Origin: a virus
Lineage: Duplodnaviria > Caudoviricetes
Reading direction: 5' to 3' (one strand)
Length of the DNA stretch: 64,000 nt
Virus record (IMG/VR): IMGVR_UViG_3300027740_000003
Location: 352,001-416,000 of that record
Part shown: one piece after another, positions 9,304 through 18,408 of the stretch
How the letters are laid out: the number at the start of each line of letters is the position of its first letter
How positions within the stretch are numbered: the first letter of the stretch is position 1
Notes under the pieces: model-generated
What the model saw: the letters and a program-made list of their open reading frames with translations, nothing else
What the model was told of the DNA's origin: nothing
Databases searched by the model: none
Made by a program: the position numbers and the translations under genes

Positions 9304-10447
9304 TTACCACCTCAATGCAAGCAGAAATAAACTCATCCCGTTCATCATCAGGAAAGTCCTGTTTGCTAGCCCAGAGTTTTACTGCCGCTTTAGGCTCTAT
9401 AGCTTGCCACTCTTCTTGTTTATCATCAGATATTATTCTGCTAGACCTGGACTCAGAAAAACCACTCACATAATAAGCTCCTAATTTATATAATCTATTT
9501 ACTATCTTATCTCTGTCTATTTCAACAGCATTAGGATCAATTAGTTTTATTTCAATTTTAACAATTGCATCATTAAATGATTGTTTATTTATTTCATTTA
9601 ATAAACAATCTGTTGGATTTTCTTCTTTTGGAATATCTAAACGAATCCTTTTTAAAGGCCTTGTTGGTAATTTTATTTCCTCAAAACCATCACTATCAAA
9701 TAAAACAACAACCTTTTCTTGTTCGGTTTCGCCAAAATCTGAAATATCAATACTTCCTATATGAGCAATATAAGGTTTCTTGCTAAAAACTTGAGGTTTA
9801 TGCACATGTCCCATCCAAACATAATCATATCCTTCAAAAGAAGGAAGCGGCACCATTATTTCATTAGTAAGATCGTCTATTTCATCTGTCCAAAATGATT
9901 TTTCTATAGCCAAATGACCAATAAGAACCTTTGTTTTTGATATTGATGTTGATTCAAAAGACAATAATATATTAATTTTATCTATTGCCTCATCTATTGT
10001 ATTAGCATCTAACGATCTTCTGTCCCTAAATGGAAAAAATGTAAAACTCGCATCCTCAGTATGCAAAGTATACACCCTATTATAGATAAAAATGTTCTCT
10101 AATTCGGCAGCTTCAATAATGTTTAATATTGAGGTATATCTGTTTCCTATACGCTTAAGATCATGATTGCCAAAAATTATATGAACATCAAGCCCGTAAT
10201 CTTGACAATGCTTTAACCAATCCATAAAAATAACGACCATATTGGCGTCTGGTTTCAACTCATCAAAAACATCTCCAGTAATAATAATTCTCGAAGCATC
10301 TTTAGAAATAGCTAAGTCTAAACACCAATTAAGCAGCCTAATTTGATCGGCCAGCCTGCTATTTAAAGATCCGTCAATAGATGGTCTGCCAATAGACAGG
10401 CCTTTTCCTAAATGAAGGTCTCCAACTATTAATGTTCTATCTGCCAT
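9290..10447 (-). CDS. sbcD: SbcD/Mre11 metallophosphoesterase nuclease
   Basis: GDLHLG, TGDVFD, GNHD, GHL, GHVHKPQ motifs; near sbcC. Confidence 0.92.
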   Translation of the reverse strand: MADRTLIVGDLHLGKGLSIGRPSIDGSLNSRLADQIRLLNWCLDLAISKDASRIIITGDVFDELKPDANMVVIFMDWLKHCQDYGLDVHIIFGNHDLKRIGNRYTSILNIIEAAELENIFIYNRVYTLHTEDASFTFFPFRDRRSLDANTIDEAIDKINILLSFESTSISKTKVLIGHLAIEKSFWTDEIDDLTNEIMVPLPSFEGYDYVWMGHVHKPQVFSKKPYIAHIGSIDISDFGETEQEKVVVLFDSDGFEEIKLPTRPLKRIRLDIPKEENPTDCLLNEINKQSFNDAIVKIEIKLIDPNAVEIDRDKIVNRLYKLGAYYVSGFSESRSSRIISDDKQEEWQAIEPKAAVKLWASKQDFPDDERDEFISACIEVVNEHS

Positions 10448-11111
10448 ATTCCTGCAATCTTAACTTTAATTTGCGTAATCTCTCAGCTAAGTTTGTCTCG
10501 TCAATGGTTCCGCTCGGCAGATGCTTCTGAATGTAAATATCCAGCATCTCTGTTGTCCTTTCTACAAAGGATAGACCAACAGAACCATTGTTGTTTTTTA
10601 TAAAATCGTGCACGTAATTGGAAAAATCCAAGAGCAGATCTTCTATTTTTGAATTGCTATCTTCGCCAGTCTCAATATAGAGGTCAATTGAGACATTGGC
10701 ACTATTAAGAAGGATTTCGGCAGCATCAGAGAAAGTAATATTCTCCATATAAGAGACAAATTGAACAGATCTGCCCCCTTTATTGCATCCGAAACAAAAG
10801 AATCTATCTTCTTCTTTGTTATAATGGAAAGATGGAGTAGAGTCTCTATGGTTTGGGAAAGGACAACTCCTTACAAAGGACCAACCACTTGGACTATATC
10901 TTTCCTCAAAATCTATTTTATACCTATTTTTGAATAAAGTTTCTAATGGAACTTTTTTAGAAGCAAATTCAATAAGCTCTTTTGTTATTTTAAACTTCTC
11001 GCTTGGGAAAGAAGTTTCTGTTTCCCAGCCAGAAATTTCTCCAACAGATCCACTCTCGTTTTCGAGACTGCAATAGCCGTCGGATCCGGAGTTATCAAAA
11101 ACCTTGAACAT
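10437..11111 (-). CDS. stand-alone DnaG-type CHC2 zinc-finger protein
   Basis: CPFPNHRDSTPSFHY...FFCFGCNKGG; no TOPRIM domain in 224 aa. Confidence 0.8.
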   Translation of the reverse strand: MFKVFDNSGSDGYCSLENESGSVGEISGWETETSFPSEKFKITKELIEFASKKVPLETLFKNRYKIDFEERYSPSGWSFVRSCPFPNHRDSTPSFHYNKEEDRFFCFGCNKGGRSVQFVSYMENITFSDAAEILLNSANVSIDLYIETGEDSNSKIEDLLLDFSNYVHDFIKNNNGSVGLSFVERTTEMLDIYIQKHLPSGTIDETNLAERLRKLKLRLQEYGR

Positions 11112-11194
11112 AACGAGATATACTTATTTATCGCTTCCTTCTCTTCAGTTAGAAGCTCAACAATGTCATCTCTAGAATGTGGCTCAAGAACCAT
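10985..11194 (-). CDS. small helical protein overlapping the 5' end of the CHC2 gene in another frame
   Basis: MVLEPHSRDDIVELLTEEKEAINKY...; ATG overlaps end of upstream gene; amphipathic composition. Confidence 0.5.
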   Translation of the reverse strand: MVLEPHSRDDIVELLTEEKEAINKYISLCSRFLITPDPTAIAVSKTRVDLLEKFLAGKQKLLSQARSLK

Positions 11195-11705
11195 CCTCGG
11201 CATCTTCGTCAATAGCTTTCTTGATATCAGACAAAACCTTCTTCATTTGAACTACCTGATAAGCAAGGTCATTTATTGTATCTCTTTGGATTAAAATTGC
11301 TCTAAATAATAGATTGTTAAGACCAATTGATCCTAATCCCTCTGGCTGGCTCTGATCATTATTCATCCTTAAACCAACATCACATAGTTGATTTATTAAT
11401 TCGCTTTCATAATCCTTCTTAATTGGACCTTTATTTTCTTCTAAAGTCCTGTCTTTTAATGTTGATTTAAATTTTCCAGATAACTCCATTACCCTTTGTC
11501 TAATATCATTTTCATTCTTTTGATGATTTATAACCTCTTTATCAAAATCTATAGCTGTCTTCTTAACAGGCGCATCATCATCTTTCGCGAATCTAGATTT
11601 CTTTACCAGATTTTCTTTCAAATTAGCTTTTGGAGGAGCTGCGTCTGTCTGATCATCTGTAAATGCATTATAATTTATCTTTTCTGGCTTATTCATTTTA
11701 TTCAA
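11184..11705 (-). CDS. hypothetical coiled-coil protein
   Basis: 173-aa ORF in operon. Confidence 0.75.
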   Translation of the reverse strand: MNKMNKPEKINYNAFTDDQTDAAPPKANLKENLVKKSRFAKDDDAPVKKTAIDFDKEVINHQKNENDIRQRVMELSGKFKSTLKDRTLEENKGPIKKDYESELINQLCDVGLRMNNDQSQPEGLGSIGLNNLLFRAILIQRDTINDLAYQVVQMKKVLSDIKKAIDEDAEDGS

Positions 11706-12081
11706 TATCCAATATTACTGCTCCCGAATCTTCACCTGGGAGTTTAGGTTCACAGGATCCTATATCACCAGATACGCCTGCTGCTTTACGAATATTATCA
11801 ACAATCTCATTTTCAAAATAATCTACAATACTTTGAGCTTTTTCTGAAGAAATATACATTCCATGGAAATCAGCTGTTCTAATAACTAAATTCCATAAAG
11901 AATCCTGGATATCCTGTTTAAAATCAGATACAGGATAAGTATAAGAAGCTGACGCTTCTCTTACAGGATTTTTTTCAACCTGCCTCGTAATATTTTCAGC
12001 AAGTTTGGTTAATTGAAGTTTATCGGCTTCATCTGCTTCTGCTACTAACCTGTCCCTATAAATCTCTGATATTGTTCTCAT
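11698..12081 (-). CDS. hypothetical protein
   Basis: 127-aa ORF in operon. Confidence 0.75.
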   Translation of the reverse strand: MRTISEIYRDRLVAEADEADKLQLTKLAENITRQVEKNPVREASASYTYPVSDFKQDIQDSLWNLVIRTADFHGMYISSEKAQSIVDYFENEIVDNIRKAAGVSGDIGSCEPKLPGEDSGAVILDIE

Positions 12082-12083
12082 TT

Positions 12084-12296
12084 TTAACCCTTGTTTACTT
12101 CGTGTTGCTCTGCATAACCATAATTGCTAGTATTTCTTTCTGTTGGAGAATAATATTCACGCCTAGCTCCACCAAGAGGATTTGATAAATATAAATCAGA
12201 ATTATCTTTATTATTAAATAATGAATTGATTATTTTATTTAATAATATTCTGCGTAATTTTCTCCTACGTTTTCTTTTTTCAAAATCCTCATCCAC
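12084..12296 (-). CDS. hypothetical basic small protein
   Basis: 70-aa ORF filling operon gap. Confidence 0.6.
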   Translation of the reverse strand: MDEDFEKRKRRRKLRRILLNKIINSLFNNKDNSDLYLSNPLGGARREYYSPTERNTSNYGYAEQHEVNKG

Positions 12297-12310
12297 AGAG
12301 AAATACGAGA

Positions 12311-12808
12311 TTATTCATCATCATCTTTCTCTAATTTCCCGGAAAGCATTTTTGAATTCATAATTTCTTGTTTCAAAGCGGTTTCAATATCGTTATCATT
12401 CATATCCAGGTCGGAATCTTCTTCATCATCTTCGTCCTCGAAATTGCCCATTAGAATCATTTTCTGGCTAGCCTGCTGTGCCAGTGCTAGACGCCTTGAA
12501 AACTCTTCTGGGGAGACCTCAGTAGGCTGCAAAAGGGGTTGTGGTGTTTTATCGTCCTCTCCAGCCCTTCGGAACATTTTTCCTTTTGGCTTTAGGGCTG
12601 TTTTTGGATCTGCTGTAGATGCCGCAAAAATAATCTTTCTTGCGGTAAATTCTTGCTCAAGAAAATCTAATATGCCCTCAACTGGACTTTCTCCAGCTAA
12701 TATTTCATAAATTTTCTGTTTATATTGCTCTCTATCAGATTTGTCAAATTTAAATGCTTTTTCCGTTAATCTGTGCAGCGTAAAATAGTCAATATCAACT
12801 TCACTCAT
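12311..12808 (-). CDS. hypothetical protein with acidic C-terminus
   Basis: Start re-set to MSEVDI (AAGGA SD) to avoid overlap with upstream gene. Confidence 0.7.
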   Translation of the reverse strand: MSEVDIDYFTLHRLTEKAFKFDKSDREQYKQKIYEILAGESPVEGILDFLEQEFTARKIIFAASTADPKTALKPKGKMFRRAGEDDKTPQPLLQPTEVSPEEFSRRLALAQQASQKMILMGNFEDEDDEEDSDLDMNDNDIETALKQEIMNSKMLSGKLEKDDDE

Positions 12809-12818
12809 GATTATTTCC

Positions 12819-13442
12819 TTAAATAGTAATCCAACAATTAGAAGAACAAGAGTTTCTAGAATCAGGCAATATTGCCTCACAAAATTCACTGAACCCTTCA
12901 ATTGACACAGAATCATCATTAATTAATGATTCTGCATATTCTTTTATTATATTTCCCGGCTCCCGACCATCTTTTACTTTATTATGTAGTTCTTTATTAT
13001 ATGAATTCAAATCATAAAATATTACAGATATATTAGAATTATTTTCATAATGTTCCATAATCAAATTGATTATTTTTTCGTCCTTTTTAGTAATAACTCC
13101 ACAATAATTATGATCCTCTACCTGAATAGAATAACAAAGATACTTTGTTGGCCTTGATGTAGATTTTGAAACAGATTTTAAATTTTTCAAAATCATATTT
13201 AATTTTTTATTCAAATCATCATCCAATATTGACAGAAAAACACCCTCTTTAATATCAAACATTCTATATGCTTTATTAAGAAACGTATTTAATAAATCAA
13301 TATTATTTTCTGCTTTCTCCGTATTTTTTCTAAATACAGACCAGAGAGTATTTGATAACTTTCCACTAGGAATAGAAATGCTATCTACAACAGCTTTGCG
13401 TATTTCATCAAGAAACTCTTTTTCTGTATCAAAATTCAACAT
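12819..13442 (-). CDS. hypothetical protein
   Basis: 207-aa ORF. Confidence 0.7.
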   Translation of the reverse strand: MLNFDTEKEFLDEIRKAVVDSISIPSGKLSNTLWSVFRKNTEKAENNIDLLNTFLNKAYRMFDIKEGVFLSILDDDLNKKLNMILKNLKSVSKSTSRPTKYLCYSIQVEDHNYCGVITKKDEKIINLIMEHYENNSNISVIFYDLNSYNKELHNKVKDGREPGNIIKEYAESLINDDSVSIEGFSEFCEAILPDSRNSCSSNCWITI

Positions 13443-13886
13443 TTACCTAAAACCTCTTATCTTATTTAATTTAACTTTGGTTTTCTTTATATTACTTTTA
13501 GCAACTATTTTTATTTGTTTTTCTTCTAATTGTTTTGATTCTTCTTGCGTCAATAATAATTTTAAATACAAGCCACAAGATTTGTGTTCAAGCAAGAATT
13601 TTTGAAATAATTGTATTTTTTGTTCCGACCACAAATGCCTACTAGAAACAACCTGATCGAATTTATTCTGCATATTTTGAAGAATATGTCTTATTGCATT
13701 AAAATCCAGTGCTGCTTTCGAAAACAACTCACAATTATCTAAATAATCCATAATTTCATTATAGTTGTCTAACCCCGAATGCACCAATAGTATTCTGTTT
13801 TCGCAGGAGCTACAGCTTATAAAACCATCATCAGACCTGCCAAAACAACCTAACACTAAATATAGTTGTTCTGTTTCAGAAACCAC
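13443..13886 (-). CDS. hypothetical protein (CxxC)
   Basis: 147-aa ORF, GTG start. Confidence 0.65.
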   Translation of the reverse strand: MVSETEQLYLVLGCFGRSDDGFISCSSCENRILLVHSGLDNYNEIMDYLDNCELFSKAALDFNAIRHILQNMQNKFDQVVSSRHLWSEQKIQLFQKFLLEHKSCGLYLKLLLTQEESKQLEEKQIKIVAKSNIKKTKVKLNKIRGFR

Positions 13887-13899
13887 ATGGACTTATATA

Positions 13900-14268
13900 T
13901 CAGAGAAGTTTCTTCCTGAGTATTTTCTCAACTTTTCCTCTACGCTGATAATAAACATAATCATCATCAGCTACTGGTACCGTTTCAACCCGCTCCACAG
14001 TAATAAAACCACCATCTGTAGCGTTTACAGTATATTTGCTTCCAATAGCACTTCCTAAAGATGCTATTACTGCCTGAGATTTTGGCTTAAGAAAAAGCAC
14101 ATCACCAGGAACAGGCTTCATTTCTACATGGTTTCTTACTGTTTGATCGGCTAAAGCGTACATGTCAATTGGAAGATCCTTGATTTCTTTCCAAATCTTT
14201 CCAGCAACTCCCAGCTTTTCACAAAGTTCTTCCTCTGATACGGTCTTTTTTGTTTCTTTCTCGGTCAT
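13900..14268 (-). CDS. hypothetical protein
   Basis: 122-aa ORF with GAGG SD. Confidence 0.75.
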   Translation of the reverse strand: MTEKETKKTVSEEELCEKLGVAGKIWKEIKDLPIDMYALADQTVRNHVEMKPVPGDVLFLKPKSQAVIASLGSAIGSKYTVNATDGGFITVERVETVPVADDDYVYYQRRGKVEKILRKKLL

Positions 14269-14295
14269 GATATCCCTCTTGCTATGGTATATATC

Positions 14296-14607
14296 TTAAG
14301 CTGCTAACAATTCTCTAAAAACTTTCCTCATCGGCTCGATAAGTGTCATTCCATTAATTCTTTTTACCTCTTCCCCATCTTTTAATAAAATCACCGAAGG
14401 AAGACTCTTAACTTTAAATCTTTGAACAATCTCTGGAGCTTGTTCTATTTCTACAGAAATAAATTTTATATCTGGAAATTCTTCTTCTAATTTCAACATT
14501 GATGGGTGCATTTGTTTACAAGGCCCGCACCAGGTTGCCCAAAACTTTACGGCAATAAATTTTCCATCAGAAACATTAAATTCATTAGAATCAAGAATTG
14601 GTTGCAT
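14296..14607 (-). CDS. trxA: thioredoxin
   Basis: FWATWCGPCK active site, cis-Pro motif VKSLPS. Confidence 0.95.
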   Translation of the reverse strand: MQPILDSNEFNVSDGKFIAVKFWATWCGPCKQMHPSMLKLEEEFPDIKFISVEIEQAPEIVQRFKVKSLPSVILLKDGEEVKRINGMTLIEPMRKVFRELLAA

Positions 14608-14619
14608 ATTACCTCTTTA

Positions 14620-14656
14620 TATAAGAAACGGACCCAATCGACAAAATTGGACCCGT
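14620..14656 (-). terminator. putative intrinsic terminator
   Basis: Minus-strand RNA ACGGGUCCAAU/AUUGGGUCCGU 11-bp stem (two G-U pairs) followed by UUCUUAU. Confidence 0.55.
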
Positions 14657-14671
14657 TGAAGTTATTTCAGT

Positions 14672-14866
14672 TTACTGCAAGACTTTGTTATGTTTCTGCT
14701 CCGAAATCATTTGTTCCATAAGTTTCTGGAACTCATTTGCTGAACCCTTTAATGACTCAACATAATCCTCTTTTGTTATTACCCCTTTGTCAATAAGTAC
14801 CTTCTCCAAGGATGATAATCTTAAAAGAATATCTGCTAACGTTTCAAAAACTTTATCTTGCATCAA
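14672..14866 (-). CDS. hypothetical small coiled-coil protein
   Basis: 64-aa ORF with GGAG SD. Confidence 0.65.
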   Translation of the reverse strand: MMQDKVFETLADILLRLSSLEKVLIDKGVITKEDYVESLKGSANEFQKLMEQMISEQKHNKVLQ

Positions 14867-14889
14867 TGATATCTCTCCATATGCCTATA

Positions 14890-15405
14890 TTATTTTCCAC
14901 AACACTTTTTGCTCTTAATTCCCGATCCACAAGGACATAAATCATTAGGCCTAACCTTGTTTTTCTTTACAACATCTTCTTTAATCGCAACGTCAGGCAA
15001 AAGAACTCCTCTTAAATGATCAGATTCGTGTTGTACTACAACAGCAAGCATATCTGTTGCAACAAAACCGTTAGGATAACATCCGTTAATTACATGAATT
15101 TCATTATATCTTCTAGTCTTTTCTCTCTTGCCAGGAAAAGAGAGACACCCTTCGCCATCAACAATTTTTAAATCAAACTGCTTTTCAATTATTGGATTAA
15201 CTAAATCAATTGATATCTTTCCCGGCCTAATAATTGCCATCTTTTTATAGATACCAATTTGAGGCGCCGCTAAGCCAACCCCCTCATTGCCTCTTTCTCC
15301 AGATAGCTTTAGTTCTTTTTCTAAAGCAACACGTATTTCTTCTACTTCTTCTGGTAAAACATCTTCACATTTTATTCGAAGAAGTTTTTCATCGGTTATA
15401 ATCAT
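14890..15405 (-). CDS. def: peptide deformylase with C-terminal SEC-C zinc motif
   Basis: GVGLAAPQIG, EGCLSF, QHESDH; tail RPNDLCPCGSGIKSKKCCG. Confidence 0.93.
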   Translation of the reverse strand: MIITDEKLLRIKCEDVLPEEVEEIRVALEKELKLSGERGNEGVGLAAPQIGIYKKMAIIRPGKISIDLVNPIIEKQFDLKIVDGEGCLSFPGKREKTRRYNEIHVINGCYPNGFVATDMLAVVVQHESDHLRGVLLPDVAIKEDVVKKNKVRPNDLCPCGSGIKSKKCCGK

Positions 15406-15406
15406 A

Positions 15407-15655
15407 TTATTCTTTCTTCAGAAATGTTCTATAAGTTAACATTTCTCTATCACCACTAGATTTTGAAGATTGTATAAAATCATTTTCACTTAAAATGAGT
15501 TTAAGCTCTTTTTCAGAAACGTCTATTTCTAAACAATTATAATCAACTAAAGTGTCATCAACAATATCGACATAATTAAATAATTTGGATACAACAAAAT
15601 CTTTATAATCTTGATCTTGCAAATACGGAAATTTTATATTTAGCTTATACCACAT
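15407..15655 (-). CDS. hypothetical protein
   Basis: 82-aa ORF. Confidence 0.65.
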   Translation of the reverse strand: MWYKLNIKFPYLQDQDYKDFVVSKLFNYVDIVDDTLVDYNCLEIDVSEKELKLILSENDFIQSSKSSGDREMLTYRTFLKKE

Positions 15656-15878
15656 CTTGTTTTAATTCCACTTCACAATCAATATCAGTAAATCTTTTGG
15701 CCAACTCATCTGCTTCCGGTCTTGACAAATCAGATCCCACACAAATTGGCAATTTTGTCAACATACTAAATGCATCTGGCGTCTTCACTCCCAATACGTC
15801 CCTAAGAAGCTTCATTGTTTCAAATTTTTCATCAAATGACGTCAAATAACATTTGTAAGAACTTAGTTCATCAGTCAT
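15645..15878 (-). CDS. ribosomal protein bL12 (L7/L12) C-terminal-domain-like protein
   Basis: KFETMKLLRDVLGVKTPDAFSMLTKLPICVGSDLSRPEADELAKRFTDIDCEVEL parallels the L12 CTD pattern. Confidence 0.6.
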   Translation of the reverse strand: MTDELSSYKCYLTSFDEKFETMKLLRDVLGVKTPDAFSMLTKLPICVGSDLSRPEADELAKRFTDIDCEVELKQDVV

Positions 15879-16360
15879 TTATTATCCTTTATGTTTTTTA
15901 TTAACCACACCATTGATGGAAGATTTTTTGATATTTCTTCGGAAATATCATCTCCTTTACTAACAAATTCTATAACAGAATGGAAAGATCCGTCTTTCAA
16001 CCTTTCCTCAAATAATCTAAATTCAACAGGCTCATAACTATTTGTTTTCAACCCTACATTTGTTTTATAAGTCAACGAAACATTAACTAACGGATTTTGT
16101 CTAAATGTTTTAGTGTTTAAACCAGACTTAATTAATTTTTCTTTCAAATTCTCTAAATGAGACTGGGTTTGTTTTAATTCTTCTTTCAAAGAATTTGATT
16201 TTTTTAAATAGCACTCATTACATAGCCACATTGTTCCCCAACCCAAACCACCACCAAGCAAAACTGGAAACGTTTGTTGTTGCTCATGTAGTGTTTTAGG
16301 ATCATCACAAAGCTCACATAAACCACAATTATCTTCTAATGAAGAAAACGCTTTCGTCAT
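15875..16360 (-). CDS. hypothetical protein with split CxxC/CxxC zinc site
   Basis: CELCD...LCNEC. Confidence 0.65.
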   Translation of the reverse strand: MTKAFSSLEDNCGLCELCDDPKTLHEQQQTFPVLLGGGLGWGTMWLCNECYLKKSNSLKEELKQTQSHLENLKEKLIKSGLNTKTFRQNPLVNVSLTYKTNVGLKTNSYEPVEFRLFEERLKDGSFHSVIEFVSKGDDISEEISKNLPSMVWLIKNIKDNK

Positions 16361-16914
16361 GATGCCTTTGCTTCCTTTTTCTTACCAAGAGTTGCAGAAA
16401 GAACCTTTCCCTGCATTGAAGGCACATCTAGAAATTCAGCATTTGGAATCATTTCCAAAAACTTGTTCAAAGTCTGCATTCCAACTTCCCTGTGAGTAAT
16501 CTCCCTGCCTCTGAAAATAATGAATACCTTGACCTTGTCCCCATCGGCTAAAAACTCAGAAGCTTTATTTGCCTTGGTCCTAAGATCATTAATATCTGTT
16601 GTCGGTCGGAATTTAAGCTCTTTAATCTTTATAACAGCTTCCCTGTTCTTTTTTTCGGACTCTTTACGCTTTTTTGTCTGCTCATACTTGAATTTGCCAT
16701 AATCTAATATTTTACAAACCGGAATTCCTTGCTGACCATCAGCAATAAGAACAAGATCTAGTTCTTGCTCCTTTGCTTTATTTATAGCCTCTTCCTTGGT
16801 TAGTGTCCCAAGGTTATTACCATCCTTATCTATGCAAACAACTTGTGTTGCCCTAATTCGGTAATTAATCGGTTTGTCCTTATCTGTCCTATTAAAATTT
16901 TTGTTATATACCAT
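16357..16914 (-). CDS. infC: translation initiation factor IF-3
   Basis: INYRIR, LDLVLIA, PVCKILDYGKFKYE, IKELKFRP, GDKVKVFIIFRGRE. Confidence 0.96.
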   Translation of the reverse strand: MVYNKNFNRTDKDKPINYRIRATQVVCIDKDGNNLGTLTKEEAINKAKEQELDLVLIADGQQGIPVCKILDYGKFKYEQTKKRKESEKKNREAVIKIKELKFRPTTDINDLRTKANKASEFLADGDKVKVFIIFRGREITHREVGMQTLNKFLEMIPNAEFLDVPSMQGKVLSATLGKKKEAKAS

Positions 16915-16936
16915 ATACTTAACTTATTTCTCCTGT

Positions 16937-17089
16937 TTAAAACAGTTCAATTATTACAACTCCTCTTTCTGAGGGTTTTTCCTTTTTATCTTCTTTTTCT
17001 ATTGGTTCTAACGGATATTCCTCAATTTGAAGTTGTTCCTGAATGAAACTTTCTTTTTTCTTGCCCGGATTTGTTGGGAAAGGAAACAT
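16937..17089 (-). CDS. small protein (50 aa) missed by ORF track
   Basis: AGGAG SD then MFPFPTNPGKKKESFIQEQLQIEEYPLEPIEKEDKKEKPSERGVVIIELF*; directly below a consensus promoter. Confidence 0.65.
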   Translation of the reverse strand: MFPFPTNPGKKKESFIQEQLQIEEYPLEPIEKEDKKEKPSERGVVIIELF

Positions 17090-17112
17090 TTTAGCTCCTA
17101 TGTGAATGCCTC

Positions 17113-17141
17113 AATATAACCATTCCCGCCGGTTCTGTCAA
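17113..17141 (-). promoter_or_regulatory. sigma70-type promoter
   Basis: TTGACA-17nt-TATATT; member of six-copy TTGACAGA family. Confidence 0.75.
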
Positions 17142-18112
17142 AGCCCAAATCTCACCCCTAGCATTACAGCCACATCACCCTTTAGACTTGTTGAAACAGT
17201 CGGTCCCAAAAATACATTATTAACTAATGGCAACGGATGACCAATATTATAATTCACAGGACTAACCACAAATACAAATCTGTCCTGTACCGCTTCGTAG
17301 CCCCCACCAAGCCCTAGGAAGGTCCAATTAGGGTCAGGCCTAGTCCTGCCAAAAGAAAGCAAAGACAGCTCTAGGCTGGGAGTAAACGCCACCGAGGGTT
17401 CTGTAAAGTATGCCCCAACATCTGCTCCCGCATACAAACGAGGATCCCAACGAAACTTAGCTTTTGGATACTGCTCCACAAACTTTGCTTCATTCACCTT
17501 AAGATCATACTTCTTTCCATCTACTGTTATAGAAAACTTATTATATACATAATGTCTTCCTTCTTCGTCTTGGCCAAGAACATTTACTACACCATATTCT
17601 CTCTTGTCTATCTCAAGATCCCAAGGCTTATCCTTCCAAGCAGAGAAGCCTACAGAACCAAATGGAACAGCTTTGTCAGCAAAAGGTTCAGTTAAAGCTA
17701 ATTCTTGCCTTTTCGCATTATATTCAAATGGATCTGGATTAGTAGGATCGATAGGAGTTGGGTTGTCATTAGGAGTAGTTGTAGTAGAAGGAAGATTTGT
17801 TCCAGAATAACCGGAAGAAATAACCTGAACAGTTGATATCCCTTCTATCTTTGCCCCGAGTTTCTTTAAATCTTCCTGAATTGGTTTTAAATCAATATCC
17901 GACTTTTTTGCGAAAACTTCTAAATCTTTCTTCTGAATATAATAAGACTGAGCTCGAATGATATCATCTGACAATTGCTTCTGGGCAACAACAGACTTTT
18001 CTATTGTTTGAAGTTTATCCATCTGATCATTTTGACATTTAATAACACATAACAGGCTTGCTATAACGGCAGCAATTCCCGTTCCAACACCAACTTTTTC
18101 TTTCCAGTTCAT
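17138..18112 (-). CDS. membrane-anchored protein with possible C-terminal beta-barrel
   Basis: N-terminal hydrophobic helix, helical segment, C-terminal alternating beta-strands ending VMLGVRFGL. Confidence 0.6.
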   Translation of the reverse strand: MNWKEKVGVGTGIAAVIASLLCVIKCQNDQMDKLQTIEKSVVAQKQLSDDIIRAQSYYIQKKDLEVFAKKSDIDLKPIQEDLKKLGAKIEGISTVQVISSGYSGTNLPSTTTTPNDNPTPIDPTNPDPFEYNAKRQELALTEPFADKAVPFGSVGFSAWKDKPWDLEIDKREYGVVNVLGQDEEGRHYVYNKFSITVDGKKYDLKVNEAKFVEQYPKAKFRWDPRLYAGADVGAYFTEPSVAFTPSLELSLLSFGRTRPDPNWTFLGLGGGYEAVQDRFVFVVSPVNYNIGHPLPLVNNVFLGPTVSTSLKGDVAVMLGVRFGL

Positions 18113-18408
18113 AGTTCCATGTCCTTATCTATATCTCGTATAGCTTGTTCAACTTTTTCTATAATTTCTTTATGCTTTGCTTCAGGTTCTCTCGAAAAAA
18201 GAATTATCAATTGACCATATTCTTGTCCGACCGATTTGATTAAATCCGAACACCTAAATTTGCCAAGCATTTCGTCAATTAAAACAATCCAAGCAACCGG
18301 AATATTAGATATACAAACAGATGGATATCTTTCTCTTATGACATCCGTCTCGGATTCATTAAACTCATGACGGGAATCAAATATCTTTTTGTATTCAAAT
18401 AGAGTCAT
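18109..18408 (-). CDS. hypothetical protein
   Basis: 99-aa ORF, ATGA overlap. Confidence 0.7.
   Translation of the reverse strand: MTLFEYKKIFDSRHEFNESETDVIRERYPSVCISNIPVAWIVLIDEMLGKFRCSDLIKSVGQEYGQLIILFSREPEAKHKEIIEKVEQAIRDIDKDMEL

Noticed and set aside
16937-17089. Small ORF ending GVVIIELF as a tail-family member
   Set aside because: It lacks IKD, and IIE is not terminal.
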